Source: Eledone cirrhosa (taxonomy: Eukaryota). Taken from it: DNA of 64,000 bases. Shown here in pieces: positions 63,407 to 64,000 of the stretch. A program made the translations under genes and the position numbers. How positions within the stretch are numbered: the stretch's first letter is position 1; every line of letters begins with the position of its first letter. Location of the stretch: assembly GCA_964016885.1 (NCBI GenBank), contig OZ024740.1, forward strand, positions 75,144,001-75,208,000, written 5' to 3'. A model generated the notes under the pieces. That model searched no databases. It had not been told where the DNA came from and saw only the letters and a program-made list of their open reading frames with translations.

Positions 63407-64000
63407 TAAAGGTTAATTACATACCATACAAGCAATAACAAATCCAAGACATTGAAGAATGAAAGGTAATAATAGACGATAAAGGATAAGAATAAAAATA
63501 AAAATAAAACTAAAAATAAAAATTAAAATAAAAATAAAAATAAGGGGTGCTATCAGTCACAGTTGGGCGGGGTGCTGTCAACATATAGTTACATACAAGC
63601 ATACACATGGATAAGAGAACAGACAAGAGTAGACACATGGATAAGAGAACAGACAAGAGTAGATAAGATAATGGGATTAGGTAAGAGTAGGTAAAAAATA
63701 GGTAAAAAATAGGTGAAAAACAGACTTATAATATATATAAAACGAAATACAAAGAAATACATAACAAACTTACATATAAAATATAGGGTAAGGAATGAGA
63801 TAAAATAATATAAAATTAAAAATTAAAAATTATATACATAGAACATAATATAATATAATCGTAAAATAAGATAAAATAAGGTAAACTAAAATCAAATAAC
63901 ATATACTAAATTAAAATAATATAATATAAGATATAATTAAATGTATAATTAAATGTAATTAAATGTAATTAAATAAATAAATAAATAAATAAATAGATAA

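Overview
AT-rich animal genomic DNA, almost entirely repeats, with no recognisable host gene (probably intronic or intergenic). The SINEs and the dense TA/CA/GA/AAT microsatellites resemble octopus (coleoid cephalopod) DNA; this is inference. Main contents: (1) a ~15 kb array at 9.9-25.05 kb in which Tx1-like (L1-group, APE) retrotransposons on the minus strand alternate with R4/Dong-like (RLE) retrotransposons on the plus strand, each separated by (AAT)n; one Tx1 copy is full length with both ORFs intact. (2) Decayed Penelope-like (PLE), CR1, CRE-like, RTE and Helitron elements, a Tc1/mariner-type MITE and about a dozen tRNA-derived SINEs. (3) About 16 type I hammerhead ribozyme (HHR) motifs, plus truncated halves, in several unrelated short non-coding families, mostly embedded in (TA)n tracts. 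These include a near-identical 312-bp tandem and inverted retrozyme-like unit with viroid-like pairing, repeated fold-back (palindromic) insertions, and non-canonical cores (a U3-A8 compensatory pair, an A4 variant and U.U at the base of stem II). All pairings and coordinates were read by eye and may be off by a few bases.
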